Assembly (NCBI GenBank): GCA_017548925.1
Contig: JAFYYX010000001.1
Span: forward strand, 169,551-233,550
DNA: 64,000 nt
Direction of reading: 5' to 3'
Source: Bacilli bacterium
GTDB taxonomy: Bacteria > Bacillota_I > Bacilli_A > RF39 > UBA660
The notes under the pieces: model-generated
Told to the model about the DNA's origin: nothing
Databases searched by the model: none
What the model saw: only the letters and a program-made list of their open reading frames with translations
Translations under genes and position numbers: made by a program
Shown here: positions 50,083-62,199 of the stretch, piece after piece
Position numbering within the stretch: the stretch's first letter is position 1
How the letters are laid out: the number at the start of each line of letters is the position of its first letter

Positions 50083-51046
50083 AGTTTTTAACTAGTTTCT
50101 TATATGGAACATAATCTTTTATTAAGTTATTCTTAATTAGTAAATCTTCAAGATTTTTTAATGACGATTCAGTTACAATACTATTACTTAACCATGTATC
50201 AGCATCTTTATAATGTTTTATCATTTGTTCTAACTCTTTTATTGAATTATCAGGAAATTGTTTACTAATAATTTCTGCTATTTCGATAGGTTCATGATTT
50301 TTAACATATTCTAGCCCTTTATTAATAGCACTAGTAAATTTTTTACATAAATCACTATTGTTATTTATATAACTTTTTTTAGCATAAAAAACAGTATAAG
50401 GCATCTCACCTGAGTATTTACCAATTGATGATAATATGTAACCTTGATTATTTTTTTCAAGCATTGTTGCATTAGGTTCAAATAGATTTACATAATCACC
50501 TGTACCAGATATAAATGCACCACTAAGTGATGCAAAATCTATTTGATAATTAATATTGATATTTTTAGTGTTAACCACACTATTATCAAGTGCATTAATA
50601 AAGTTAAGTGATGGCATACCACCTTTTCTTCCAACAAGAACTTCTTTATTCTTAAGTTTATCTAGAGTAAATTTTTCATCTCTTTTTCGTCCTAAAATGA
50701 ATTGCCCGTCTCTTTTGGTTAAACCACTAAATATTTGTAGGTAATCTTTTTCTCCACTATTATAAATATAAATTGCTGATTCAGCTCCAGCTAATCCTAT
50801 TTGCGCATCACCACTTATAATGGCAGCTGATACTTTATCTGCTCCACTTGTTAAAACAAGTTCAATATCAAGACCTTCATCTTTAAAATAATCATTTTCT
50901 ATTGCAACATAAAGTGGGGCATAAAAAATACTATGTGTAACTTCAGCAAGAGTAATTTTATTGCTATTATGATCTTTTTTATTATGACTAAATAGATAAA
51001 AAATTAATAATAGAATTATTAAAAATATAAGTAATATTTTTTTCAT
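50075..51046 (-). CDS. ABC substrate-binding protein (NMT1/THI5, YtlA-like)
   Basis: EVTHSIFYAPLYVA, LTKRDG, GGMP, LFEP, PYT. Confidence 0.9.
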   Translation of the reverse strand: MKKILLIFLIILLLIFYLFSHNKKDHNSNKITLAEVTHSIFYAPLYVAIENDYFKDEGLDIELVLTSGADKVSAAIISGDAQIGLAGAESAIYIYNSGEKDYLQIFSGLTKRDGQFILGRKRDEKFTLDKLKNKEVLVGRKGGMPSLNFINALDNSVVNTKNININYQIDFASLSGAFISGTGDYVNLFEPNATMLEKNNQGYILSSIGKYSGEMPYTVFYAKKSYINNNSDLCKKFTSAINKGLEYVKNHEPIEIAEIISKQFPDNSIKELEQMIKHYKDADTWLSNSIVTESSLKNLEDLLIKNNLIKDYVPYKKLVKNYE

Positions 51047-51212
51047 ATAAACCTCATTTCTTCAGTATTATATGCAAGAAAAAATAAAGTGATAAGGATA
51101 TATAAATATATAAAGTCAATACAAAAAAATTAATTAATAATAAATTGTACTTTTAGTTTACAAGAAAATAATAATTTGTTAAAATATTATATAGAATAAG
51201 AAGGTGTTACAA

Positions 51213-52649
51213 ATGAAAGTATTATCAAGTGAAACAAAGGCTTTATTAGATAAGTTGTATAACTTAAGAAGTTCAGATAGTTATATACTTGCTGAAATGG
51301 AACAAGAAAAAGAAGTTGCAGAAGATACTAAAGCTAAAACTGCTAAAGAAAAGGAAGAATTACAAGATAAAATATCTAAATTAACTGAAGAAGAATCTGT
51401 TCTTGCAGAACAAGGAGCTCATTTAAGAGAAATTTTATCTGGAATTAATCCTGATGATTTTAAAATTGTTCTAGAGAGATTAAATATTGAATTTGATCCT
51501 GCTGCTATCAAAAACAAAGTTGATGAAGCATTACCTGGAACTATTGAAGAAGTAGTAAAAGCAACTAAAGAAGCCGAAGATGAGTTAGTAAAAGTTGAAG
51601 AAGAAATGAATAGTGCCATAACTAAAATTGATGAACTTGCTGTTCGAAAAGACACTGAACTTGCTAACCAAGAAAAACTTAACGAATACTTTGAATTAGC
51701 ATTAAGTGGAAATATCAATATAACAAGAGAAGCAATAACTTCACTTATAAGTCAGTTTAATTTTACTGAAGAAGAACAAAGAGAAGCTGCTAAATTAATG
51801 ATGTTCCCAGAAGATGCACTTTATGAGTACGATAAAAATTATCAAGATGCTAATAATTCTGGTAAATCAATTTCTGATGTTTTAATTGAAGCTAAAGAAT
51901 CTGTTTCTAAACCTATTGGTGAAATTTTTAGTGATATAAAATCTGATAATGCAGATGAAGTTGTTGAAACACCATTTGTTGAAGAAACTGATAAAAATGA
52001 AGAAGAAATACCTGTTATATCTCTTGATGAATCAAATAACGTAGAGCCAACTTCAATCAGTGATCTATTAAAATCTTCTGAAGAAACTGATTCATTCCCA
52101 TTTGAAATTGATAAAGAAGAAGAAAAAGAAGATGAACCAGTATTTAAAAAAGAAGAAGATGATCAAGATTATTTTCTAGATGGAATTATAAATGATGATT
52201 TTAAATCAGTAGAAGAAAATACACCAGATGAGAAAGTAGAAATAGAACCAATAGAAAATAAAGTTGAAGAAGAAAATGTTTCTAATGATGAAGAAGAAAC
52301 AATGATGGATTTATTTAAAAGATTAGGTTTAAGTGAGATTATGTTTGTTGAAAGTGAACTTAATGATCTTATAAATCTTGAGGATAAAGCTATCGTGGAA
52401 AAGAATGTTAATATTTTAAATAAATATGGAATTAATTTAGATATTGTTAGTGATAACGTAAATATTCTATCTGATCCTGAATTAGATGAAAAAATTTCTA
52501 AAATACTAGAAGTTGGTAAAACAACTGATGATATTTACTTTAATCCATCAGTATTAAAAAAATATGATCTTAATGGTTTAGAAAATGCTATTAAACTATT
52601 AGAAGAAAATGGATTAGACCCACAAAAAGTTCCTTTAATGGCATTTTAG
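51213..52649 (+). CDS. Coiled-coil protein with acidic linker and C-terminal helical repeats
   Basis: Heptads aa 20-160; Glu-rich linker; repeats NVNILNKYG, KISKILEVG, NAIKLLEENG. Confidence 0.85.
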   Translation: MKVLSSETKALLDKLYNLRSSDSYILAEMEQEKEVAEDTKAKTAKEKEELQDKISKLTEEESVLAEQGAHLREILSGINPDDFKIVLERLNIEFDPAAIKNKVDEALPGTIEEVVKATKEAEDELVKVEEEMNSAITKIDELAVRKDTELANQEKLNEYFELALSGNINITREAITSLISQFNFTEEEQREAAKLMMFPEDALYEYDKNYQDANNSGKSISDVLIEAKESVSKPIGEIFSDIKSDNADEVVETPFVEETDKNEEEIPVISLDESNNVEPTSISDLLKSSEETDSFPFEIDKEEEKEDEPVFKKEEDDQDYFLDGIINDDFKSVEENTPDEKVEIEPIENKVEEENVSNDEEETMMDLFKRLGLSEIMFVESELNDLINLEDKAIVEKNVNILNKYGINLDIVSDNVNILSDPELDEKISKILEVGKTTDDIYFNPSVLKKYDLNGLENAIKLLEENGLDPQKVPLMAF

Positions 52650-52665
52650 TTAGGGGGAATTATAT

Positions 52666-53160
52666 ATGGCTGATAACTCAGTCCCTAATATAATCGGTGT
52701 TATAAAAAGATTAGATATAGTTGATGAGAATTATAAAGATGTTATCAATCATTTATTACCACTATATGGTGCACTAAATGTAGATGATATTGAAAAAAAT
52801 GTTGAATTAATTTTACCTCATTCAGAATGCAAAAAGATTACTGGAAGACAAGACTTACCATTTCTTACGCTAACTGAGGAAGAAAGAAATACTATTTTAA
52901 ATGGTTTTGTATCAACAGATAATGATTTAAAATTACGTAGTTTATTTTATTTCAAATTTGGTAGTAAACTTAATAAAATGTTTGAAGCAATTAAAACTTG
53001 TATTGAACAAGATATTCCATATAAAAATGAAAATAATCTTGTTTATGATGAACTATTTAATAATGATGCTTTAAGTATAATAGGTCAAACTAACGAAATA
53101 AGTTCAATTAACCAATCAATTCCTTTTGATTATGAAATTGATAGAAGGAATAGACGATGA
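52666..53160 (+). CDS. Hypothetical protein (ends DRRNRR)
   Basis: SD AGGGGG; co-oriented, 16 nt after the upstream stop. Confidence 0.78.
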   Translation: MADNSVPNIIGVIKRLDIVDENYKDVINHLLPLYGALNVDDIEKNVELILPHSECKKITGRQDLPFLTLTEEERNTILNGFVSTDNDLKLRSLFYFKFGSKLNKMFEAIKTCIEQDIPYKNENNLVYDELFNNDALSIIGQTNEISSINQSIPFDYEIDRRNRR

Positions 53161-53444
53161 ACTATTTAGAAAAAATTGGGTTTACTAGTGAAGAAATAGC
53201 AATGGTTAAAGATTCAACTACTAAAGTAATTTTTAATCTATTAACAGAGCAAAAAAAAGTTGTTAATGCTAATATTTTATATTTAAAAAATATTGGTATT
53301 AAAAACTATAAAGAAATATTTATTAAATATTCAGATTTATTCTTAATGGATAATAGTAATTTTATTGAAATATTTGATAAATATGATCAAGACGATTTAG
53401 TTGAAAAACTAAATAATAATATTGATATATTTGCATATCTATAA
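53157..53444 (+). CDS. Small helical-repeat hypothetical protein
   Basis: ATGA overlap; YLEKIGF / YLKNIGI repeats; terminator 53443-53465. Confidence 0.78.
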   Translation: MNYLEKIGFTSEEIAMVKDSTTKVIFNLLTEQKKVVNANILYLKNIGIKNYKEIFIKYSDLFLMDNSNFIEIFDKYDQDDLVEKLNNNIDIFAYL

Positions 53445-53520
53445 GCAGTCAAATGACTGCTTTTTAAATGTAAATTTATAGGTGGTTATGTTATAATATT
53501 TTTTAGTAAGGATGGTTTAT

Positions 53521-55611
53521 ATGGACATATTTAAAGATTTAAATGAACAACAAGAAAAGGCCGTTAAACATATAGATGGACCATGCCTTGTCGTTGCTGG
53601 AGCAGGAAGTGGAAAAACAAGAGTTCTAACTTCAAGAATTGTTAATTTAATTAATAATGGAGTAAGACCTCAAAACATTCTTGCTATAACATTTACTAAT
53701 AAAGCTGCAAATGAAATGAGAGAAAGACTAATTAGATTTGGCGTTGATGGTGCTGATCAAGTGTTTGTTGGAACATTTCATCAGTTTGGTTTAAAAGTTA
53801 TAAGAGAAAACTTAGATAAATGTGGACTTGATAGAAACTTTTCTATCGTTGATAGTGATGATGTTATAAACATTATAAAAAAGATTTTAAAAGAACATAA
53901 CTATGATCCTAAACAAGTTAGCCCATCATATATCAAAAATAGAATTAGTTTTATAAAAAATGAGAATTTATCTGATAAAGATATATCAGTTTATTTTTCA
54001 TCTAATAATGAACAACTAGCGCTTGATATTTACCATGAATATCAAAGTGTACTTAAAAATAATAATTCAGTTGATTTTGATGATTTATTATTACTTCCAA
54101 CAAACCTATTTAAAAATGATGATGAAATACTAGATAGATACCAAGAACATTTTCAATATATTTTAATAGATGAATATCAAGATACTAATGAAGTTCAGTA
54201 TCAAATGACTAAGCTACTTTCTAGTAAGTATAGAAATTTATTTGCAGTTGGTGATCCTGATCAATCAATTTATATGTTTAGGGGAGCTAACTATAAAAAT
54301 ATTTTAAATTTTGAAAGAGATTATCCAGATGCTGTTGTTTATCCACTTTTAATCAATTATCGAAGTACGCAAAATATACTAAATGCTGCTAATGGAGTAA
54401 TATCTCATAATTTAGAAAGAAAAGAAAAGGACTTATCAAGTGTTCTTGGAATAGGTGAAAAAGTAAAACTAACTTCAAGTTATGATGAAAAACACGAAAT
54501 TACTTTAGTAGTTGAAGAAATAAATAAACTAATTAATAAAGGGTATAGTTATAAAGATATTGCAATTTTTTATAGAACTAATGCACAGTCAAGAGTTGTT
54601 GAAGAAGGAATTGCAAAAGCTAATATTCCATACAAAATTGTAGGTAGTTTTTATTTCTATTCACGAAAAGAAATCAAAGATTTAATTTGCTACTTAAGAT
54701 TAATTGTTAATCCACATGATGATATTTCACTAAGAAGGGTTATAAATGTACCTAAAAGAGGTATTGGGGATAAATATATTAGTGATCTAGAAGAAAAAGC
54801 AAGAAAAGAAAATATTTCGATGTTTGATGCAATAGATGATTCAAAAGGACAAGTATTTAAAGATATTATTTTAAAACTACAAAAAGATAAAGAAATATTA
54901 TCTTTAACAGAATTAATAGATAAAGTTTTAGATGAAACTAAAATGAAACAAGAACTAGAACTAGACGAATCGCTTGAAAATGAATTGAGACTAGATAACT
55001 TAAATGAATTTAAAAGTATAACAGAAGCATTTATTAACCGTACCGGAAGTAATGATATATCAGATTTTCTAGAAGAAATAAGTTTGGTATCTGATATTGA
55101 AGAACATAGAAAAAATGATAATGCTGTTACTTTAATGACTCTTCATAGTGCTAAAGGACTTGAGTTTAAAGTAGTATTTATTGTTGGAATGGAAGATGGA
55201 ATCTTTCCACATCAAAATTCATTTTGTGAAGCTGGTGGTCTTGAAGAAGAAAGAAGACTTTGCTATGTTGGAATTACAAGAGCTAAAGAGAAATTATATT
55301 TAAGTAATGCTAAAAAAAGAATGTTATATGGAAAAGAAAATTTAACTGTTCCAAGTAGATTCTTAAAAGAAATACCAGATGAATATATCGAAGTAACTTC
55401 ATCAAGTGTTAAAGAAGCAAAAAAACTTGATAAATCTAGTATGTTCTATGAAGAAGAACAAGAATATAATGTTGGCCAAGTTGTAATGCATGATATATAT
55501 GGTAAAGGAGTAGTTGTTGGAGTTGATGATAAATTCCTAACAATTGCTTTTAATAAAAATCATGGTATTAAAAAACTTATGAAAAATCATTCAAGTATAA
55601 AGAAGGTGTAG
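53521..55611 (+). CDS. pcrA: ATP-dependent DNA helicase PcrA (UvrD family)
   Basis: AGAGSGKT, TFTNKAA, DEYQDTN, GDPDQSIY, TLHSAKGLEF, EERRL.YV..TRA. Confidence 0.97.
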   Translation: MDIFKDLNEQQEKAVKHIDGPCLVVAGAGSGKTRVLTSRIVNLINNGVRPQNILAITFTNKAANEMRERLIRFGVDGADQVFVGTFHQFGLKVIRENLDKCGLDRNFSIVDSDDVINIIKKILKEHNYDPKQVSPSYIKNRISFIKNENLSDKDISVYFSSNNEQLALDIYHEYQSVLKNNNSVDFDDLLLLPTNLFKNDDEILDRYQEHFQYILIDEYQDTNEVQYQMTKLLSSKYRNLFAVGDPDQSIYMFRGANYKNILNFERDYPDAVVYPLLINYRSTQNILNAANGVISHNLERKEKDLSSVLGIGEKVKLTSSYDEKHEITLVVEEINKLINKGYSYKDIAIFYRTNAQSRVVEEGIAKANIPYKIVGSFYFYSRKEIKDLICYLRLIVNPHDDISLRRVINVPKRGIGDKYISDLEEKARKENISMFDAIDDSKGQVFKDIILKLQKDKEILSLTELIDKVLDETKMKQELELDESLENELRLDNLNEFKSITEAFINRTGSNDISDFLEEISLVSDIEEHRKNDNAVTLMTLHSAKGLEFKVVFIVGMEDGIFPHQNSFCEAGGLEEERRLCYVGITRAKEKLYLSNAKKRMLYGKENLTVPSRFLKEIPDEYIEVTSSSVKEAKKLDKSSMFYEEEQEYNVGQVVMHDIYGKGVVVGVDDKFLTIAFNKNHGIKKLMKNHSSIKKV

Positions 55612-55613
55612 GA

Positions 55614-56510
55614 ATGAAAAAGAAAATATTAGTTATTTTAGCAGCAGGAATGGGTTCAAGATTTGGTGGACCTAAACAGTTATATCCAGTTGGTCCAAAT
55701 GGTGAATTTATAATGGATTATTCTATTTATTCAGCTATTAAATATGGTTTTACCAAAATTGTATTTGTAACTAGAAAAGAATTACTTGATGATCTAAAAA
55801 ATACTATAGGTAAAAGAATAAATGGTAAAGTTGAAGTATCTTATGTTCTGCAAGATATAAATAATATACCAGAAGGGTTTACTGTACCAGATGAAAGAGT
55901 AAAACCATGGGGTACTGCACATGCAATATATTCAGCTAAGGATGAAGTTGATTCTAATTTTGCTGTAATCACATCAGATGATTTTTATGGTGATGAAGGA
56001 TTTAAAGATTTATCTAAAGCTTTAGATGAAGATAAATGCTGCGTAATAGGATATAAATTAGGTGATACACTATCTAAAAATGGAACTGTAAAAAGAGGAA
56101 TTATTCTTTCAGAAAATGGAGTTATTAAAGATATTATTGAATCATCATGTTACTATGATGAAAACATTAAAAAAGTAATTTGCACTCCATTAGATGATAC
56201 AAAACCTTTAATGAAATTAGAACCTAATAATTCTGTTTCAATGTTAATGAATGGATTTACCAGGGATATAATGGATGTACTTGAAAGTGAAATAGTAAAT
56301 CAGTTTAATAAAAACAAAGATAAGTTAGATACATTTGAATACATGATGCCAGATATTATGGCTTTAGAAATAAAAAGAGGTAGAACTATTTTAGATATTC
56401 CGACTAACTCTAAATGGATTGGTTTAACCTATAAAGAAGATATTGAAGAACTTCAAAAATATTTAGATAAAATTATAAATGAAGGAATTTATCCTAATAA
56501 ATTATGGTAG
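55614..56510 (+). CDS. Sugar-phosphate nucleotidyltransferase family protein
   Basis: LAAGMGSRFGG.KQ, KPWGTAHA, DDFYG. Confidence 0.9.
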   Translation: MKKKILVILAAGMGSRFGGPKQLYPVGPNGEFIMDYSIYSAIKYGFTKIVFVTRKELLDDLKNTIGKRINGKVEVSYVLQDINNIPEGFTVPDERVKPWGTAHAIYSAKDEVDSNFAVITSDDFYGDEGFKDLSKALDEDKCCVIGYKLGDTLSKNGTVKRGIILSENGVIKDIIESSCYYDENIKKVICTPLDDTKPLMKLEPNNSVSMLMNGFTRDIMDVLESEIVNQFNKNKDKLDTFEYMMPDIMALEIKRGRTILDIPTNSKWIGLTYKEDIEELQKYLDKIINEGIYPNKLW

Positions 56511-56564
56511 AAACAAGGATTGAAAATAAGTTTTCAATCCTTTTTTATGATATAATATTTATAG

Positions 56565-58571
<2,007 letters not shown>

Positions 58572-58666
58572 GTTATTAAACTTATTCATTTTTTATTACC
58601 TTCAAACATTGATAAATACTAAGAAATGTTGTATAATTATCTTACCTGAAAAAAAGAGGTGTAATT

Positions 58667-59137
58667 ATGAAAAAATTAAAAAATTTATGGGCTAATAATC
58701 GTATTTTACTAATACTTGGAGTTATATTAATTGCATGTATTATAGCCATAATTATTGTATTCCTTACATATTTTGTAGGAACTAAAAAATCAGTATATGG
58801 TTCTCGTTTTGATAACATGAAAACTCATATAAAAGAAGCTGAACAAAACTCTTATATTCAGGCTGTTGAAGAAAGAAGTGGAGTTGAAAAAGCAACTCTT
58901 AGAGTTAAAGGTAAAACTATGTATATTAGAGTTGTTTTTAAAGACGATATTAAACTTGATGATGCAAAAAAAATTATTGATTCATCACTTGAAAAATTCT
59001 CTGATGATGTAAAAGAAACATATGATATGAATTTTACAATAAAGAATTCATCATTTGTTTTAATGGGTGCTAGAAATGCATCTGGTAACGGATTATCATG
59101 GAATAACAATACTCCAGTTGAAAAAACAAAAGAGTAG
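58667..59137 (+). CDS. Membrane-anchored hypothetical protein
   Basis: Single N-terminal TM, small alpha/beta domain; TTGATA..TATAAT promoter, SD AGAGGTG. Confidence 0.8.
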   Translation: MKKLKNLWANNRILLILGVILIACIIAIIIVFLTYFVGTKKSVYGSRFDNMKTHIKEAEQNSYIQAVEERSGVEKATLRVKGKTMYIRVVFKDDIKLDDAKKIIDSSLEKFSDDVKETYDMNFTIKNSSFVLMGARNASGNGLSWNNNTPVEKTKE

Positions 59138-59146
59138 TGAGGTTTT

Positions 59147-61162
59147 ATGAAAGATAAAAGAAAATTAATAATAATTATTTTAAGTAGCATTGCAGTCATT
59201 TTACTTGCATTTGCTATCTTTTCATTTTTAAATGATAAAAATAAGTTAACAAAAAAAGAAAAGACATGGATTTCTGATAACTTAACAACAGTTCAAAATA
59301 TTAACATAATTAATAATGCTAAAATATTTGGTGATAATGGTACTGGTGTATTTTATGACTTTATCAAAGATTTTCAAACTGAATATCGTTTAGAAATTAA
59401 TCCAATTACATTCCAACAAGGTGAAAAGGTTGAAGGAATATCATTTAATGCTGGAAATACAATTTCTAAAAATGATACCATTTTTTATGAAGATCATTAT
59501 GTAATAATTGGTAAAAATGATACTATTATATCTTCCATTAATACATTATTAACTAACAAAATTGGTATATTATCAACTGATAGTGAATACTTAAATAAAT
59601 ATTTAAGTGGTGTTGAATTTTCATTATATGAATCAACAGATAAATTATATGAAGGTTTTAAAAATGGCGAAGTATCGTATGTTATTGCACCAAATTTAAG
59701 AGATATCGATTATGTTTTATCAAATAGTTATTATATTTTATATCACTTAAGTGATATTAAATACTATTATTATTTTGATGGTTTAAAAGATGATATTTTA
59801 TCTTCTGTTATTAATAAATACTTTAATAACTGGAAAGATAAATACTTTGATCAAATATTTTATTCAAATGAATTTGATGAATTTGTAACTGACTTAGGTT
59901 TAACTGAAGCTGATGTATCAAAAATAAGATCTGTTACATATAACTATGGATTTATTAATCAAAATCCATATGAAGTAATAACAGGTGGAAACTTCGGTGG
60001 AATTGTAGCAGTATACTTAAAACAATTCTCTGACTTTGCTAATATTGAATTCAATTTTAAAAAGTATACAAGTCCTAAAAAATTTACTAAAGCTGTTGTA
60101 AAAGGCGATATAGATTTATATTATGACTACTATACATATAGCAATAAACTAACTAATATTGGTTCATATGAACCTATAAATATCGATATTATTGCCCCAC
60201 TAGAAAGTAATATTACAATTAATTCTTTAGATACACTTAAAGAAGAAGTATATGTTCAAAAAGATAGTAGAATTGAAAGATATTTAAAACAAAATACTAA
60301 ATTAAATATTAAAAATTATGAAACTCAAAAGGGTATGGTAAAACTTGCAAGAAAAAATAAAATTATTGCAATTGATTCAAATATGTTTGATTATTACCAT
60401 ACAAATAAATTAAAGAAATATCAATCAAGATACCATATGGTAGTTGAAGATTCATATTCATTTAAAGTAAAAAATGATGAGAGTTTTATTAAATTATTTA
60501 AATCATATATAAGATCACTTGATCCTGAAGTTGTAAAAATTGAAGGATTAAATAATCATAGAAAGACTGTTCAAAAAGGATCTATTCTTGCAAGAATAGC
60601 TCAGTACATCATGGTTATATTCTTATTTATTGCAGCATTTATGGTTTTCTTCTATAAAAAAGGAAAACATTTAAAAATTGCTAAAAAGATAAAAAATGAA
60701 GATAAGATTAAGTATATTGATTTACTTACTAGTTTAAAAAATAGAAATTATTTAACTGAAAACATGGAAGTATGGAACAATAACAAAATCTATCCTCAAA
60801 CAATGATTGTAATAGATTTAAATAACATAGCTTATTTAAATGATACAAAAGGTTATGAAGCCGGAGATCATCAAATTACTGCTATGGCTAACATCTTAAT
60901 TAAAACTCAACTTGATAATTCAGATATTATGAGAACAAATGGTAATGAATTCTTAGTATATTTAGTTGGATATCAACAAAAACATGTTGTTAACTATATT
61001 CATAAACTTAATAAAGAACTTAAAAAACTTCCATATGAATATGGTGCAGCAATAGGTTATAGTATGATTACTGATGATATTAAAACAATTGAAGATGCCA
61101 TAAACGAGGCTTTAGAAGATATGAAAAAACAAAAAGCCAAGATTAAAGAGGTAAAGAATTGA
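59147..61162 (+). CDS. Membrane sensor: tandem solute-binding-like domains + degenerate GGDEF domain (NGNEF)
   Basis: Two TMs; DLLTSLKNR, IDLNN..NDTKGYEAGD, RTNGNEF. Confidence 0.87.
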   Translation: MKDKRKLIIIILSSIAVILLAFAIFSFLNDKNKLTKKEKTWISDNLTTVQNINIINNAKIFGDNGTGVFYDFIKDFQTEYRLEINPITFQQGEKVEGISFNAGNTISKNDTIFYEDHYVIIGKNDTIISSINTLLTNKIGILSTDSEYLNKYLSGVEFSLYESTDKLYEGFKNGEVSYVIAPNLRDIDYVLSNSYYILYHLSDIKYYYYFDGLKDDILSSVINKYFNNWKDKYFDQIFYSNEFDEFVTDLGLTEADVSKIRSVTYNYGFINQNPYEVITGGNFGGIVAVYLKQFSDFANIEFNFKKYTSPKKFTKAVVKGDIDLYYDYYTYSNKLTNIGSYEPINIDIIAPLESNITINSLDTLKEEVYVQKDSRIERYLKQNTKLNIKNYETQKGMVKLARKNKIIAIDSNMFDYYHTNKLKKYQSRYHMVVEDSYSFKVKNDESFIKLFKSYIRSLDPEVVKIEGLNNHRKTVQKGSILARIAQYIMVIFLFIAAFMVFFYKKGKHLKIAKKIKNEDKIKYIDLLTSLKNRNYLTENMEVWNNNKIYPQTMIVIDLNNIAYLNDTKGYEAGDHQITAMANILIKTQLDNSDIMRTNGNEFLVYLVGYQQKHVVNYIHKLNKELKKLPYEYGAAIGYSMITDDIKTIEDAINEALEDMKKQKAKIKEVKN

Positions 61163-62013
61163 AAAAGTTTAAGAAGAGGTTAAAATTATTTTTTAGAAAT
61201 TTTAAATCTGCATTAACTAGACCTGAGATGTTAGTTCTTCCAGGTCAACTTGCCTTCTTCTTTATCCTTTCAATTGTTCCAACCATTACTTTAATAGGTT
61301 ATGGTGCAGGTTTATTAAATTTATCAACCGATGTTATTTATAATTTTTTAGCTGAAGCATTTAGTAAAAATGTTGCTAATATATTAATTGTACATCCAGC
61401 AAAAACTTTAGGTGCAGGATATATAATTACTATGTTAGTAGGTTACTATTTTGCATCTAATGGTGCAGCATCAATTATTGTTACTTCAAATTCTATATAC
61501 GGATTAGAAAATAAATCATTTTTTAGAAGAAGATTAAAAGCATTTATAATGACACTTATTATAATTCTTCTATTTATATTTATGATAATTGTTCCTGTAC
61601 TTGGAAATAAAATAACTGAAATGATTGCCTATGTTAACATGAAACAATCAGTTACAACAAAAATATTACATGTCTTTAATTTTTTAAAAGGTCCTATTAC
61701 TTGGTTTATAATGTTTATCTTTATTAAACTAATATATACAATGGCACCTGATAAAAAAACTGAAAGTAGACATACAAATAAAGGAGCAATCTTTACAACA
61801 TTTGGTTGGGTACTTTCAACAAATATTTATAGCTATTATATTACACACTTTGCAAAATACGATATTTTCTATGGCGGTCTTGCAAACATAATCGTGTTAA
61901 TGTTATGGTTCTTCTTACTAGCTTATATCTTGACAATAGGAATAGCGCTAAATCAAAAAGTTGAAGAAGAAGAACTGGAAAAAACTAGTAAAATAAATAT
62001 TGTTAAAGAGTAA
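61159..62013 (+). CDS. YihY/BrkB family membrane protein
   Basis: LAFFFILSIVP, LIY..AP, GAIF..W, YGGLA.II.LMLW. Confidence 0.92.
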   Translation: MKKFKKRLKLFFRNFKSALTRPEMLVLPGQLAFFFILSIVPTITLIGYGAGLLNLSTDVIYNFLAEAFSKNVANILIVHPAKTLGAGYIITMLVGYYFASNGAASIIVTSNSIYGLENKSFFRRRLKAFIMTLIIILLFIFMIIVPVLGNKITEMIAYVNMKQSVTTKILHVFNFLKGPITWFIMFIFIKLIYTMAPDKKTESRHTNKGAIFTTFGWVLSTNIYSYYITHFAKYDIFYGGLANIIVLMLWFFLLAYILTIGIALNQKVEEEELEKTSKINIVKE

Positions 62014-62017
62014 ATAA

Positions 62018-62063
62018 TAATATTATGTACAACAGGTATTACTTAGTACATAATATTTTTTTT
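62018..62063 (+). terminator. Intrinsic terminator
   Basis: AATATTATGTAC...GTACATAATATT + T run. Confidence 0.75.
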
Positions 62064-62110
62064 GATACAATTTAAATGCTTGTTATTTATAGTATTGAAA
62101 AGTAATATCT

Positions 62111-62147
62111 AAAAGAAGAATAAAGGTAATTTTTATTCTTCTTTTTT
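62111..62147 (+). terminator. Second intrinsic terminator in the same spacer
   Basis: AAAAGAAGAATAAA...TTTATTCTTCTTTT. Confidence 0.75.
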
Positions 62148-62199
62148 AAGTCAAAAATGAAAATTGTGTTATAATATTTTATAGAAAGTGGTTGTAAAA

